The position numbers and the translations under genes were made by a program. DNA of 64,000 nucleotides, taken from an uncultured Fodinibius sp. (GTDB lineage Bacteria > Bacteroidota > Rhodothermia > Balneolales > Balneolaceae). Shown one piece after another: positions 27,849 to 39,290 of this stretch; the first letter of the stretch is position 1; each line of letters starts with the position of its first letter. The notes beneath the pieces were generated by a model. The model had not been told where the DNA came from, did not search any database, and saw only the letters and a program-made list of their open reading frames with translations. The stretch lies in the NCBI GenBank assembly GCA_913056455.1, contig CAJXMJ010000002.1, positions 599,665-663,664 of the forward strand, read 5' to 3'.

Positions 27849-27881
27849 AAAAGTAGCACCACGAGAAATCGTGATGCTACT
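27846..27881. terminator. Hairpin between convergent genes (T run on the minus strand)
   Basis: AGTAGCACCACGA pairs with TCGTGATGCTACT (one mismatch). On the minus strand it is followed by TTTTTTATT. Confidence 0.55.
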
Positions 27882-27904
27882 TAATTAGAAGAGATAGTTT
27901 TGTG

Positions 27905-30900
27905 TTAGTTATCGATGGGAATGGATTCTTTATCCATTTCTTGAATTAAGTCCGAAGCATCACCCTGTAAAATAGGTTCTATGCGTTCAAACTGTGCATC
28001 CACTTTGGCTGCCAGATCCTCGTAAACAGCATATTGCTGCTCGGTAGGTCGCCCGTCACCGGTACCAACGGTATTGGCTAACGAAGCCAGCTTGTTATTC
28101 AGTTTAATGGGATAGTTGAGCACATCCTGAAACGACTCGGCTTTGGTTTGCATGAGTTCGCCTTCGACATCAGAAAGAGTGGTTAGCATGGACTCAACCC
28201 GCTCTTGTATTTGTTCATTCTTAGGATTATCTGCTTTTATCCCGTTGAGCTCCTCCCGTATTTCTCGGATACGATTGATGGTTTTATGCGTGGTATCCAG
28301 CTTGCTGATAATCGTCTGATGCAGATCGAACTGTGCTTCGAAATCATCCTGTGATACATCAATACGCGGATCTTTAGTGATCCCAAAGTTTTGACTCATA
28401 ATAGTTTGATCATCAACAATCAGTCGAACCTGGTAGGTACCCGGAACGGCCGTTGGTCCGCGGGTAGAACCGGCCCATAAAATTTGTCGCCCTTCGAGGT
28501 CTGTAGCCCCGGGATATCGCATATTCCATACAAAGGTATTTTGTCCCTGTTTGGTGGTAAGTACATCAGAGGGCACATCATGTTCTTTTTCGTAAAACTC
28601 CTCCGACTCTTTTACTTCTTTACCATCCAGATCTTCCTTGTTAGAAAACGTTCGAATCACGTCTCCATTGGATTCGGCAAATTGCAGCTTTACTTCCTGA
28701 TCGGAGATTTCACTGTTGATATTGTAGTGTACTACAACGCCATCTTCGGGATTTTCGCCCAGCGTTTGTCCGGGATCGGGTTCGGTATGGTTGCCAAACA
28801 GGTAGGTTGTTTCCGGTTGATAGAGGTAATAATCGGATTGGGTGACTTGGTCACTAAGCTGGTGTAGCATGGACAGATCGTCCAGCACCCAGAAAGAGCG
28901 GCCCTGTGTGGCTACCACAAGGTCTTTGTCCCGCTCGTGTACTGCTAAATCAGTAATGGGTACAGCGGGCAAGTTAAGTTGAAGCGGCTGCCAGAGTGCT
29001 CCGTCATTAAATGAAACATATACGCCTGTTTCGGTTCCGGCATAAAGAAGACCTTTTTTGTTTGGATCTTCGCGAATAACGCGCGTGAAATCTTTTTCAG
29101 GGATACCGGTTGTAATTTCAGTCCAGCTTTCCCCGTAGTCATCAGTTTTATAGAGCATTGGCTCAAAATCGTCAAACTTATAACGGGTAGCCGCCAGATA
29201 TGCAGTGCCGGCATCATGGGGAGAGGGATCGATGATGCTGGCCATGGCTTCGGGCATCCCATTCGGAGTTACCTCGGTCCAGCTGTCGCTGTTATCGCGA
29301 CTAATATGAATCAGTCCGTCATCTGCTCCGGTCCAAAGCACACCCGGTTCAACCGGCGATTCAGCAAAGGTGAAAATGGTATTATAATATTCGACACTCG
29401 TATCATCCTTGGTAATGGGTCCGCCCGATTGCCCCTGCTTGGACTTATCGTTTCGCGTCAAATCCTCACTGATGGTATCCCAACTCATACCCTCATCATC
29501 TGAGCGGTGCACAAACTGCGATGTGGCATATAAGATATCCGGATCGTGTGGAGAGATATAAATCGGGAAAGTCCATTGAAAGCGATATTTTAGATTTTTA
29601 GCACCGGCGCCCATCGGGTTATCCGGCCACACATCGATTCGGTCACTTTGATCAGTAAATTCATTAAATTTATTAAAGTATCCGCCGTAGCTGCCTCCGT
29701 AGGTCACATTTGGATTTTCCGGATCGGGTGCAATATAGCCGCTTTCTCCACCGGCCACAGGATGCCAGTCGCGTTCGTCAATGCCATAATCGGCTGTACG
29801 GCTTTTAATGCCTACAGTACTGTTATCTTGCTGGGCTCCGTAAATGCGATAGGGAAATTCGTTGTCGGTAATTACCTGGTAAAACTGGGCCGTAGCATAT
29901 TTGTGATAGGATGACCAGCTTTTCCCTTCATTATAGGTGACTTGTCCACCGCCGTCGTCGGCAACAACCATACGGTCTCCGTTATTAGGATCGATCCACA
30001 GATCATGGTGATCACCGTGCGGCGTACCAATGCGGTCAAACGATTCACCGCCGTCGGTGGATTTATAAAATCCTACATTAAGTACATATACCTCATCTTC
30101 GTCTTGGGTATCGGCCACAATATGGGTGTAATACCAGGCGCGTTGACGAAGGTTGCGATCACTGTTAACGCGATTCCATGTTTTACCGCTATCATCAGAG
30201 CGGAACACCCCTCCATGTTCACTTTCAATAATTGTCCAAATGCGGTCGGGATTTACCGGAGATATAGCTACGCCAATTTTACCCATCAGTCCTTTAGGCA
30301 TGCCTGGACGCTCCGAAATATTAGTCCATGTTTCGCCGCCGTCGGTACTTTTATACAGGCCACTGCCTTCTCCACCGCTCGACATTTTCCAGGGATTACG
30401 ATAGGCTTCCCAAAGAGAAGCGTATAATATATTAGGATTGGTAGGATCCACTTCGACATCAACAGCCCCCGTGTATCTGTTATGATATAATACTTTTTGC
30501 CAACTTTTACCGCCATCCGTTGTTTTATAGACACCACGTTCTTCATTGCCCTCGGTACCAAAGGCGTGACCCATTACTGCTACCCACGCTACGTTCTCAT
30601 TTTTGGGATGTACCGCAATTTCACCGATGAAATGGGATTCCGGCAAACCGATATGTTCCCAATTTTCACCGCCATCAGTCGTCTTGTAAATACCATCCCC
30701 GGCCGACATATTACCGCGGATGCACGTTTCTCCCATTCCCGCATAAATAACATTACTGTTAGATGGTGCTGATGTAAGGGCTCCTACAGAACCCGTTTTA
30801 AAATCGCCGTCTGATACGTTAATCCAGTTTTTACCGCCATCGGTGGTCTTGTAAACCCCGCCACCGGTAAATCCCGTATAGTAGGTATCCGGTTGGTCAG

Positions 30901-31120
30901 GATGACCTGTAACAGCTACCGAACGACCACCCCGAAAGGGTCCTATATTCCTATATTCTAAATTTTGCAGATATTGGGATTCGAAGGATACTTCCTCAAT
31001 TCCTTCAGCTTGATCTGATCCGCCAAAACGCTGTGCTTCGGCAGAAAATGAAATCCCTATAAAAAGCAGAGCAATGAAAGCTCTTACATACCATTTGTAT
31101 TTTTTATGTTGTTGTGACAT
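27905..31120 (-). CDS. Large secreted BNR/Asp-box repeat (sortilin/VPS10-like) protein
   Basis: Many S/T-x-D-x-G-x-T/S-W Asp-boxes (TTDGGKNW, TTDGGENW, TTDGGKSW, STDGGETW, SDDSGKTW, STDGGESF, ...). Confidence 0.8.
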   Translation of the reverse strand: MSQQHKKYKWYVRAFIALLFIGISFSAEAQRFGGSDQAEGIEEVSFESQYLQNLEYRNIGPFRGGRSVAVTGHPDQPDTYYTGFTGGGVYKTTDGGKNWINVSDGDFKTGSVGALTSAPSNSNVIYAGMGETCIRGNMSAGDGIYKTTDGGENWEHIGLPESHFIGEIAVHPKNENVAWVAVMGHAFGTEGNEERGVYKTTDGGKSWQKVLYHNRYTGAVDVEVDPTNPNILYASLWEAYRNPWKMSSGGEGSGLYKSTDGGETWTNISERPGMPKGLMGKIGVAISPVNPDRIWTIIESEHGGVFRSDDSGKTWNRVNSDRNLRQRAWYYTHIVADTQDEDEVYVLNVGFYKSTDGGESFDRIGTPHGDHHDLWIDPNNGDRMVVADDGGGQVTYNEGKSWSSYHKYATAQFYQVITDNEFPYRIYGAQQDNSTVGIKSRTADYGIDERDWHPVAGGESGYIAPDPENPNVTYGGSYGGYFNKFNEFTDQSDRIDVWPDNPMGAGAKNLKYRFQWTFPIYISPHDPDILYATSQFVHRSDDEGMSWDTISEDLTRNDKSKQGQSGGPITKDDTSVEYYNTIFTFAESPVEPGVLWTGADDGLIHISRDNSDSWTEVTPNGMPEAMASIIDPSPHDAGTAYLAATRYKFDDFEPMLYKTDDYGESWTEITTGIPEKDFTRVIREDPNKKGLLYAGTETGVYVSFNDGALWQPLQLNLPAVPITDLAVHERDKDLVVATQGRSFWVLDDLSMLHQLSDQVTQSDYYLYQPETTYLFGNHTEPDPGQTLGENPEDGVVVHYNINSEISDQEVKLQFAESNGDVIRTFSNKEDLDGKEVKESEEFYEKEHDVPSDVLTTKQGQNTFVWNMRYPGATDLEGRQILWAGSTRGPTAVPGTYQVRLIVDDQTIMSQNFGITKDPRIDVSQDDFEAQFDLHQTIISKLDTTHKTINRIREIREELNGIKADNPKNEQIQERVESMLTTLSDVEGELMQTKAESFQDVLNYPIKLNNKLASLANTVGTGDGRPTEQQYAVYEDLAAKVDAQFERIEPILQGDASDLIQEMDKESIPIDN

Positions 31121-31277
31121 ATATCCCTTTTTTGTGTTGAAGTTGGCTAATCCTATGGTCGAAAAAGCAATGTATAAAAAATTATGAGTGGCGTTAGGTA
31201 AAAAAATGTGAATCGAAGTAAGATACTGCGTTATTGTAAGGTGTAATCTTTCTGCATTATCGTTATTTTCTTGATCT

Positions 31278-32504
31278 ATGAAAACAACCGGATTTATAGC
31301 CAGACGTTATTTATTTTCGCGCAAGCATATCTCGCTGATCTCTACCCTTACCATCATTAGCATTATTGGGGTAACCATTGGTACGGCACTGCTCATTGTT
31401 GTGCTTTCGGTCTTCAACGGCTTTTTTGATGTAATTCAGGGGTTACTCCTTCAGAATGACCCCGATCTGCGAATAGAGTCAACAGCTTCAAGCTCCTTCC
31501 TTTTTACCGGAGATATGGAGCAGAAGCTTTCTGATATTCCGGAAGTTCAGGCGATGGCGTCTTATGTGGAAGGAAAAGCACTACTGGCCTTTGAGCAAAG
31601 TGATGACAAAGTAGTACAGGTGCAGGGGATAGATCCTGACCAATATTTTGAAGTAAACAACTTTAATGAGAGCATCAATGAGGGTACGCTGGACTTATCC
31701 GTTCGTAATAAAAAACCCGGAATGTTAATTAACGGGCGGGTAATGAATGAGCTAAATCTCAGGATTGAGGATGACGTGGTTTTGCTAAGTGCGGCAGGAA
31801 TGCGCAAATCGCTAACCCAATTTTCGCTTCCTCGAAGCTTTAGATTTCAAATTCGGGGAAGTTATTCTCAGGTTCAAATTACCGAAGGAGCGGGTGTCTT
31901 TATTGATAAAGAAGCAGCACAGCGACTGTTTGAAATGCGGAATGCCGTTTCGGGGATAGATTTACGTATATCAAACACCGACGAGGCTGAATCAGTGAAA
32001 CAAAAATTGCAGGCTACGCTGGGATCCGATTATAAAATATCCACCTGGTACGATTTACAGAAACCGCTCTATGATGTGATGTATCTCGAAAAATGGAGCT
32101 CCTATATTATTTTGATGATTATCGTGCTGGTAGCGGTGCTTAATATTATCGGATCGCTCACGATGATTGTCATCCAGAAAAACCGGGATATTGGGATACT
32201 GTTGACGATGGGTTTTACTCCCTCGGATATAAAGAACATATTTGTCCGGCAGGGATTTTATATTGGTATTATTGGATGTGTTATTGGCGGGGGAATAGGA
32301 CTACTTCTCAGTTGGATGCAACAGCAGTATGGCCTTATAAAACTTTCTTCGGCCTTTATTATTGATGCCTATCCGGTAAGTATCAGCTATGTAGATGTGA
32401 GCATTGTGCTGGCGGGAAGTTTAGTGCTTTGTCTGCTGGCCAGCTGGTATCCCGCCAAAAGAGCTGCGCAGGTAGAACCGGCCGATGCGATCAGGTACGA
32501 CTAA
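31278..32504 (+). CDS. FtsX-like ABC transporter permease (LolC/E type)
   Basis: N-terminal RYLFSRK...TM, large periplasmic domain, three C-terminal TM helices and a ...AKRAAQVEPADAIRYD end. Confidence 0.8.
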   Translation: MKTTGFIARRYLFSRKHISLISTLTIISIIGVTIGTALLIVVLSVFNGFFDVIQGLLLQNDPDLRIESTASSSFLFTGDMEQKLSDIPEVQAMASYVEGKALLAFEQSDDKVVQVQGIDPDQYFEVNNFNESINEGTLDLSVRNKKPGMLINGRVMNELNLRIEDDVVLLSAAGMRKSLTQFSLPRSFRFQIRGSYSQVQITEGAGVFIDKEAAQRLFEMRNAVSGIDLRISNTDEAESVKQKLQATLGSDYKISTWYDLQKPLYDVMYLEKWSSYIILMIIVLVAVLNIIGSLTMIVIQKNRDIGILLTMGFTPSDIKNIFVRQGFYIGIIGCVIGGGIGLLLSWMQQQYGLIKLSSAFIIDAYPVSISYVDVSIVLAGSLVLCLLASWYPAKRAAQVEPADAIRYD

Positions 32505-32509
32505 TGTGG

Positions 32510-32956
32510 CTATTCCTGCAGACCTAGCTTTTTGCAAATAGAACTGAGTTGTTCCAACTCTTTGTCGGTAAGCACATCAAACTCCTTTTTGATTCTTGCC
32601 AGATGTTTGGGAAAATACTCGGATATGAATTCTTCTCCCTCATCGGTGAGATGGATGAGCATCGATCGGCGATCTTCGGGATCTTGGTGACGTTCCACCC
32701 ACCCGCTTTTTTCCAGGTTATCGATCACAAGGGTGATATTACCGCCGCTTTTAAGAAGTTTCTCACCAAGCGCTTTTTGGTTTAACGGGCCTAAGTGCAG
32801 CAGCGCTTCCAACACCCCAAATTGACTGATGGTTAATCCCACATCACTTAGTTGTCTGTTCAATCGATTATTTAAGGAGTCGGTGGCACGCATTAACTTG
32901 ATAAATGCGTTTAGCGTTTTTTCTTCTCTTTCACTGCCTTGGTAATGTGTGCCCAT
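32510..32956 (-). CDS. MarR-family transcriptional regulator
   Basis: LTISQFGVLEALLHLGPLNQKALGEKL winged-helix segment and DRR motif. Confidence 0.85.
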   Translation of the reverse strand: MGTHYQGSEREEKTLNAFIKLMRATDSLNNRLNRQLSDVGLTISQFGVLEALLHLGPLNQKALGEKLLKSGGNITLVIDNLEKSGWVERHQDPEDRRSMLIHLTDEGEEFISEYFPKHLARIKKEFDVLTDKELEQLSSICKKLGLQE

Positions 32957-33028
32957 TACTTCTAACCTAAATTATTGAATATTAAATAGCGCAGGGTAAA
33001 ATATATGATATTGATGCTGGGAAAGCTA

Positions 33029-33796
33029 CTATAGCTCGTAACTAATTGTTACTGGGGCATGGTCGGATAAATCCCATTCCATTTCAATCGTGGCTTCTTT
33101 AGCGAGCTTCAGCATTTTCGGGCAGCTCATGTGATAATCAATGCGCCAGCCTTTGTTTCGCTCTTTGGATGCCGCGCGATAGCTCCACCAACTGTACAGG
33201 TCTCCTTCGTCTTCATGGAGCCTACGATAAACATCCTCAAATCCGGTTTGCAGCAGGCGCGTAACCCATTCCCGTTCCTCAGGTAAAAAACCTGAAGTAT
33301 TTTTATTTCGCTTTGGATTATGAATATCGATAGGTTTGTGACAGATGTTGTAGTCACCACATATTACGATTGGTTTCTCTTTGGATAGAAACTTCTGTGC
33401 AAAAGGGAGTAAGCAGTCGAGAAATTCCATCTTTAGATCTTGTCGCTCGTCGCCGGTGGTTCCGCTGGGCGCATAAATGGAAAAGACATATAAGTTCTCA
33501 AACTCTGTCATCATCACACGCCCCTCGTTGTAAATCCAGTCCACCCCCATTCCTTTTTTAATACGGATGGGCTTCTGCTTCGATAAAATGCCCACGCCGG
33601 AATACCCTTTCTTTTCTGCGGTATGATAAGCTTCATGATAATTCAGCTTCTTCACAGGGTTTGGAACCTGATGCTCCATAGCGCGCAGTTCCTGTAGGCA
33701 GATAATATCTGGATCGGTTTGATCAACCCAATCTGTAAAACCATGGCGGTGTGCCGCGCGAATGCCGTTAACATTGAGAGATGAGATTTTGAGCAT
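33029..33796 (-). CDS. xth: Exodeoxyribonuclease III
   Basis: SLNVNGIRA, CLQE, GDYN, RIDY and SDHAP motifs. Confidence 0.9.
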   Translation of the reverse strand: MLKISSLNVNGIRAAHRHGFTDWVDQTDPDIICLQELRAMEHQVPNPVKKLNYHEAYHTAEKKGYSGVGILSKQKPIRIKKGMGVDWIYNEGRVMMTEFENLYVFSIYAPSGTTGDERQDLKMEFLDCLLPFAQKFLSKEKPIVICGDYNICHKPIDIHNPKRNKNTSGFLPEEREWVTRLLQTGFEDVYRRLHEDEGDLYSWWSYRAASKERNKGWRIDYHMSCPKMLKLAKEATIEMEWDLSDHAPVTISYEL

Positions 33797-33910
33797 GGGG
33801 TTGCTAGCTAAAGAATACGATTATAATGGGTATAAAGTATTGCGTAGTTTGGATTCCGTAGAAATGGAGTGGCAACACAACAAGGAATACGATTACCTGC
33901 TTCTTTCTTA

Positions 33911-35125
33911 TCACTTAGCCTTCACAATGGCATAATTTCGCTTCCCGACCTTTAGCGTAAACTCGGTATCATCTTTGAAAGTCACACTGAAACCCTTGTC
34001 GGAAACTTTTTCGTCATCGATAGATATCCCGCCTTGCTTGATCAGTCGTTTGGTTTGACCATTACTATCGGTAAAGCCCGCATCCGATACAATATCTAAC
34101 AGTCTGACTTCAGTGCCTGTCTCATATTCCAAGGTAGGAGCATCTTCGGGTATTTCATCGCCAACAACCGTTTTTTCGAAGTGTTCACGAGCTTCATTTG
34201 CGGCTTCTTCCCCGTGGTACATGCGCGTGATGACCAGCGCTAATTCGTGCTTGGTGTTGCGCGGATCTTTTTCTGCTTTTTCTTTGTATTTGGGCAGCTC
34301 ATCCACATTAATATCAGAAAGCAATTCAAACCAGGAATAAATAAGATCATCAGGAATAGACAATACCTTGCCGTACATATCATTGGCATCTTCGGTAATG
34401 CCGATGTAGTTATCGTATGATTTCGACATTTTCTTGGTCCCGTCGGTTCCGACCAAAAGAGGCATCATTAGAGCAATTTGAGGCTCTTGCCCGTCATCTT
34501 TTTGAAGTTCCCGGCCTACAAGTAAATTAAATTTCTGATCGGTGCCCCCAAGTTCAACATCCGATTGCAAATGTACAGAATCTTGACCCTGTGCCAGCGG
34601 ATACAAAAATTCGTGCAGCGAAATGGGTTGGTTGTTCTCGTAGCGCTTAGAGAAATCATCGCGTTCAATCATACGGGCGACCGTTAGTTTTGAGGTCAAC
34701 TTAATGACGTCCGCAAAGTCCATCTTGCCCAACCACTCCGAGTTATATACGATCGTGGTTTTGTCTTCGTCTAATATCTTCGTAGCCTGGTCGAGATAAG
34801 TTTCGGCATTTTCTTCAATTTCTTCGGGTGTAAGGGATGGACGTGTTTCATTTTGCCCGGTAGGATCACCAATCAGGGCAGTAAAGTCCCCGATAATGAG
34901 AATAGCCTCGTGACCGAGATCCTGAAATTGGCGCAGTTTGCGCAGGATGACCGAATGCCCCAAGTGGAGGTCGGGCCGGGTAGGGTCGCAGCCCAGCTTT
35001 ATCTTAAGGGGTTTATTTTCTTCCTTGGATTTTTTGAGCTTTTCGACAAGCTCTTCTTCAGGTACAATTTCAACCGTACCTCTTCTAATTACTTCGAGTT
35101 GTTCGTCAACAGGTAAAAAGTTCAT
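33911..35125 (-). CDS. tyrS: Tyrosine--tRNA ligase
   Basis: HLGH and KMSKS class I signatures plus a C-terminal S4-like domain. Confidence 0.92.
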   Translation of the reverse strand: MNFLPVDEQLEVIRRGTVEIVPEEELVEKLKKSKEENKPLKIKLGCDPTRPDLHLGHSVILRKLRQFQDLGHEAILIIGDFTALIGDPTGQNETRPSLTPEEIEENAETYLDQATKILDEDKTTIVYNSEWLGKMDFADVIKLTSKLTVARMIERDDFSKRYENNQPISLHEFLYPLAQGQDSVHLQSDVELGGTDQKFNLLVGRELQKDDGQEPQIALMMPLLVGTDGTKKMSKSYDNYIGITEDANDMYGKVLSIPDDLIYSWFELLSDINVDELPKYKEKAEKDPRNTKHELALVITRMYHGEEAANEAREHFEKTVVGDEIPEDAPTLEYETGTEVRLLDIVSDAGFTDSNGQTKRLIKQGGISIDDEKVSDKGFSVTFKDDTEFTLKVGKRNYAIVKAK

Positions 35126-35131
35126 AAATCG

Positions 35132-35698
35132 TTAGGAGTTGCTCTGTTCTAAAAAGGGAAAATTTTCAATTGGATTATATTGCTCGAACGTCTTCTGAAT
35201 AGTCGTTGTAAAATCTTCGGCACCGGGATACACGGTAGCAACCGCATCGTAAGCCCAGGGGGCCAAATAGATAACGTATGGGTAAGTGGCCGAATTTTGG
35301 CGATATTCTTCAGAAGGAAAACTGAATCCGGCAAGAATTAATAAGATAGCACTAATAACTATGCCGCTTTTCAAAAAGCCGAATGCAGCGCCTGCAATAC
35401 GATTAACAAAATTCAGCTTAATAGTTTCTAAAAACTTTTTGCTTAAAAATGCTGCAAGGTGAACAAGGGACAAGGTCCCTACAAAAATAATGATGGCTGA
35501 AATAAAGGGGACAAAAGAAGCCCCTTCTTCGAAGAGTGGACTGATTGCTGCACCAACCGGCTCCATATATTGAAAGGTAAGAAAGACTCCTAAAATAATG
35601 CCTACAATACTGAGCACTTCCTTGATAATTCCATTCACAAATCCTCGGTAAGCGAAGAACGTTATTGGAATTAAGATCAGGAAATCAATCAGGTTCAT
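35132..35698 (-). CDS. CvpA-family membrane protein
   Basis: MNLIDFLILI...YRGFVNGIIKE start and four TM helices. Confidence 0.7.
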   Translation of the reverse strand: MNLIDFLILIPITFFAYRGFVNGIIKEVLSIVGIILGVFLTFQYMEPVGAAISPLFEEGASFVPFISAIIIFVGTLSLVHLAAFLSKKFLETIKLNFVNRIAGAAFGFLKSGIVISAILLILAGFSFPSEEYRQNSATYPYVIYLAPWAYDAVATVYPGAEDFTTTIQKTFEQYNPIENFPFLEQSNS

Positions 35699-35708
35699 CG
35701 AGACGGGA

Positions 35709-36164
35709 TTAGGAAAGTTCTTCTTTTACAACCTTACTAACAACAGATCCTTCTGCCTTTCCTTTAAGCTCTTGCATAAGAGCGCCCATAACTTGCCCCA
35801 TGTCAGACATATCCTCGGCGCCCATTTCTTCAATCTTTTCTTTGGCTATATCACGTACTTCCTCCTCAGAGAGCATTTTCGGGAGATAGGAGTTGATGAT
35901 CTCCAACTCATCTTTTTCGGCATCGGCCAGATCACTGCGGTCTCCTTTTTCAAACTGTTCAATCGATTCCTTCCGCTGCTTAGCGGCCTTCATGAGCACC
36001 TCAATTGTTTGCTCGTCAGAGAGTTCTCCTTCACCGTCTTTACGTTCACTTATTTCCCGTTCCAGTAGTTTAGATTTAAGGGATCTAAGCACGCGCAGTT
36101 TATCCTGCTCTTTATCTTTCATAGCCTGTTTCAGGTCGGCCATGATTTGATCTTTAATAGCCAT
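35709..36164 (-). CDS. GatB/YqeY-domain protein
   Basis: IMADLKQAMKDK...LRVLRSLKS... pattern. Start moved to the ATG at 36164; the tracked start is 36224. Confidence 0.8.
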   Translation of the reverse strand: MAIKDQIMADLKQAMKDKEQDKLRVLRSLKSKLLEREISERKDGEGELSDEQTIEVLMKAAKQRKESIEQFEKGDRSDLADAEKDELEIINSYLPKMLSEEEVRDIAKEKIEEMGAEDMSDMGQVMGALMQELKGKAEGSVVSKVVKEELS

Positions 36165-36264
36165 AAGTATCGATTTTAAAATTGTTGAGGATCGAATAAG
36201 CTCATAAAAAAAGGCTCCACCCACTCATGCGGATGCAACCTTCATATCAAATAAAGAAAAACTC

Positions 36265-36435
36265 TTAGTCTTTATTTTCGTTAATAAAGTCCCGCACGTT
36301 TTCTTCATCGATGATGGCTTCTTTATAGCCGTATTTATTGTTAGCTGTTTTTTGAGCTACAATAACTTTGGCCATGCGCCGGTCGTCCGACGTTTTTTCT
36401 TCTTCTTTGGTTCCGAAAGTTTTCTTCTTAGCCAT
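36265..36435 (-). CDS. DUF4295-like small protein (56 aa), not in the ORF track
   Basis: My translation is MAKKKTFGTKEEEKTSDDRRMAKVIVAQKTANNKYGYKEAIIDEENVRDFINENKD. It sits downstream of rpmG, as in Bacteroidota. Confidence 0.65.
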   Translation of the reverse strand: MAKKKTFGTKEEEKTSDDRRMAKVIVAQKTANNKYGYKEAIIDEENVRDFINENKD

Positions 36436-36457
36436 GATGCTGGTTCTTAGGTATTAC

Positions 36458-36622
36458 TTATTTGATTTCTTTGTGAACGGTATGCTTGCGAAGAACCGGG
36501 TTATATTTCTTCAACTCCAGTCGATCGGGAGAATTGCGTCGGTTTTTTGTAGTATGATACCGAGATGTGCCCGGTGCTTCGGTGCATTCTAAAATTACTT
36601 GTACTCTGTTTCCTTTTGCCAT
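36458..36622 (-). CDS. rpmG: 50S ribosomal protein L33 (54 aa), not in the ORF track
   Basis: My translation is [54 protein letters not shown]. Confidence 0.9.
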   Translation of the reverse strand: MAKGNRVQVILECTEAPGTSRYHTTKNRRNSPDRLELKKYNPVLRKHTVHKEIK

Positions 36623-36702
36623 AATCCTTTTGGTTCTGGTTATCAGTTAGTTGTTATTTGTGATGAATGGAATCAACAACTAATAGCTAACTGTTAACTT
36701 AC

Positions 36703-36948
36703 TTAAACGTCTTTAATGAGAGTTCCTTTTTTTCTTGCTTCTTTCAGCACGGCATGGATGCCTTTTTTATTGATTGTACGAAGCGTTTTGGCAGAAACTT
36801 TCAGTGTAACCCACTTATCTTCCTCGGGGATATAAAACTTCTTTTTTTGCAGATTCTGCTGAAACTTATGCTTCGTTTTATTATTTGCATTTGAGGAGCG
36901 ATATCCATTTTGTGCTCCTTTTCCAGTAATGTCATCTTTACGTGCCAT
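36703..36948 (-). CDS. rpmB: 50S ribosomal protein L28
   Basis: MARKDDITGKGAQNGYRSSNANNKTKHKFQQNLQ... is typical of L28. Confidence 0.9.
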   Translation of the reverse strand: MARKDDITGKGAQNGYRSSNANNKTKHKFQQNLQKKKFYIPEEDKWVTLKVSAKTLRTINKKGIHAVLKEARKKGTLIKDV

Positions 36949-37213
36949 GATACGAATAAAACGTTATTTTACATTTCTCAGATAGACTGGAAAAATAGGC
37001 TTATTCCCTAAAAAGATCAATGTTTCTTTTAGAGATATTTTTTTCACATATTAAGCCGTTCTGGGGGAACAAAAACAGGAACTTTAGGAAGACTTCTAAT
37101 AGGGGGTAAATTTGTTTTACGAGCATATCTCGACTTATGCCAATAAAGGCCATCACTTTCTTTGATTTTGCCTATTTATGCCCTATTTTCAGGCGTCTTC
37201 ATCATTATTTTAA

Positions 37214-39160
<1,947 letters not shown>

Positions 39161-39290
39161 AAGTGCTTACGTTTGCTAAATGTTTGAGTGTTCAAGTTCG
39201 TAACATCAATGCTGCACTTTAACACTTGAACACCTTCGCACTTAAAATACTTTCAGGAATCTAATTTTAACACTGTACTAAATATTATCC

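Noticed and set aside
36368-36592. 74-aa + strand ORF
   Set aside because: It is antisense to rpmG and the DUF4295-like gene, which have clear identities.
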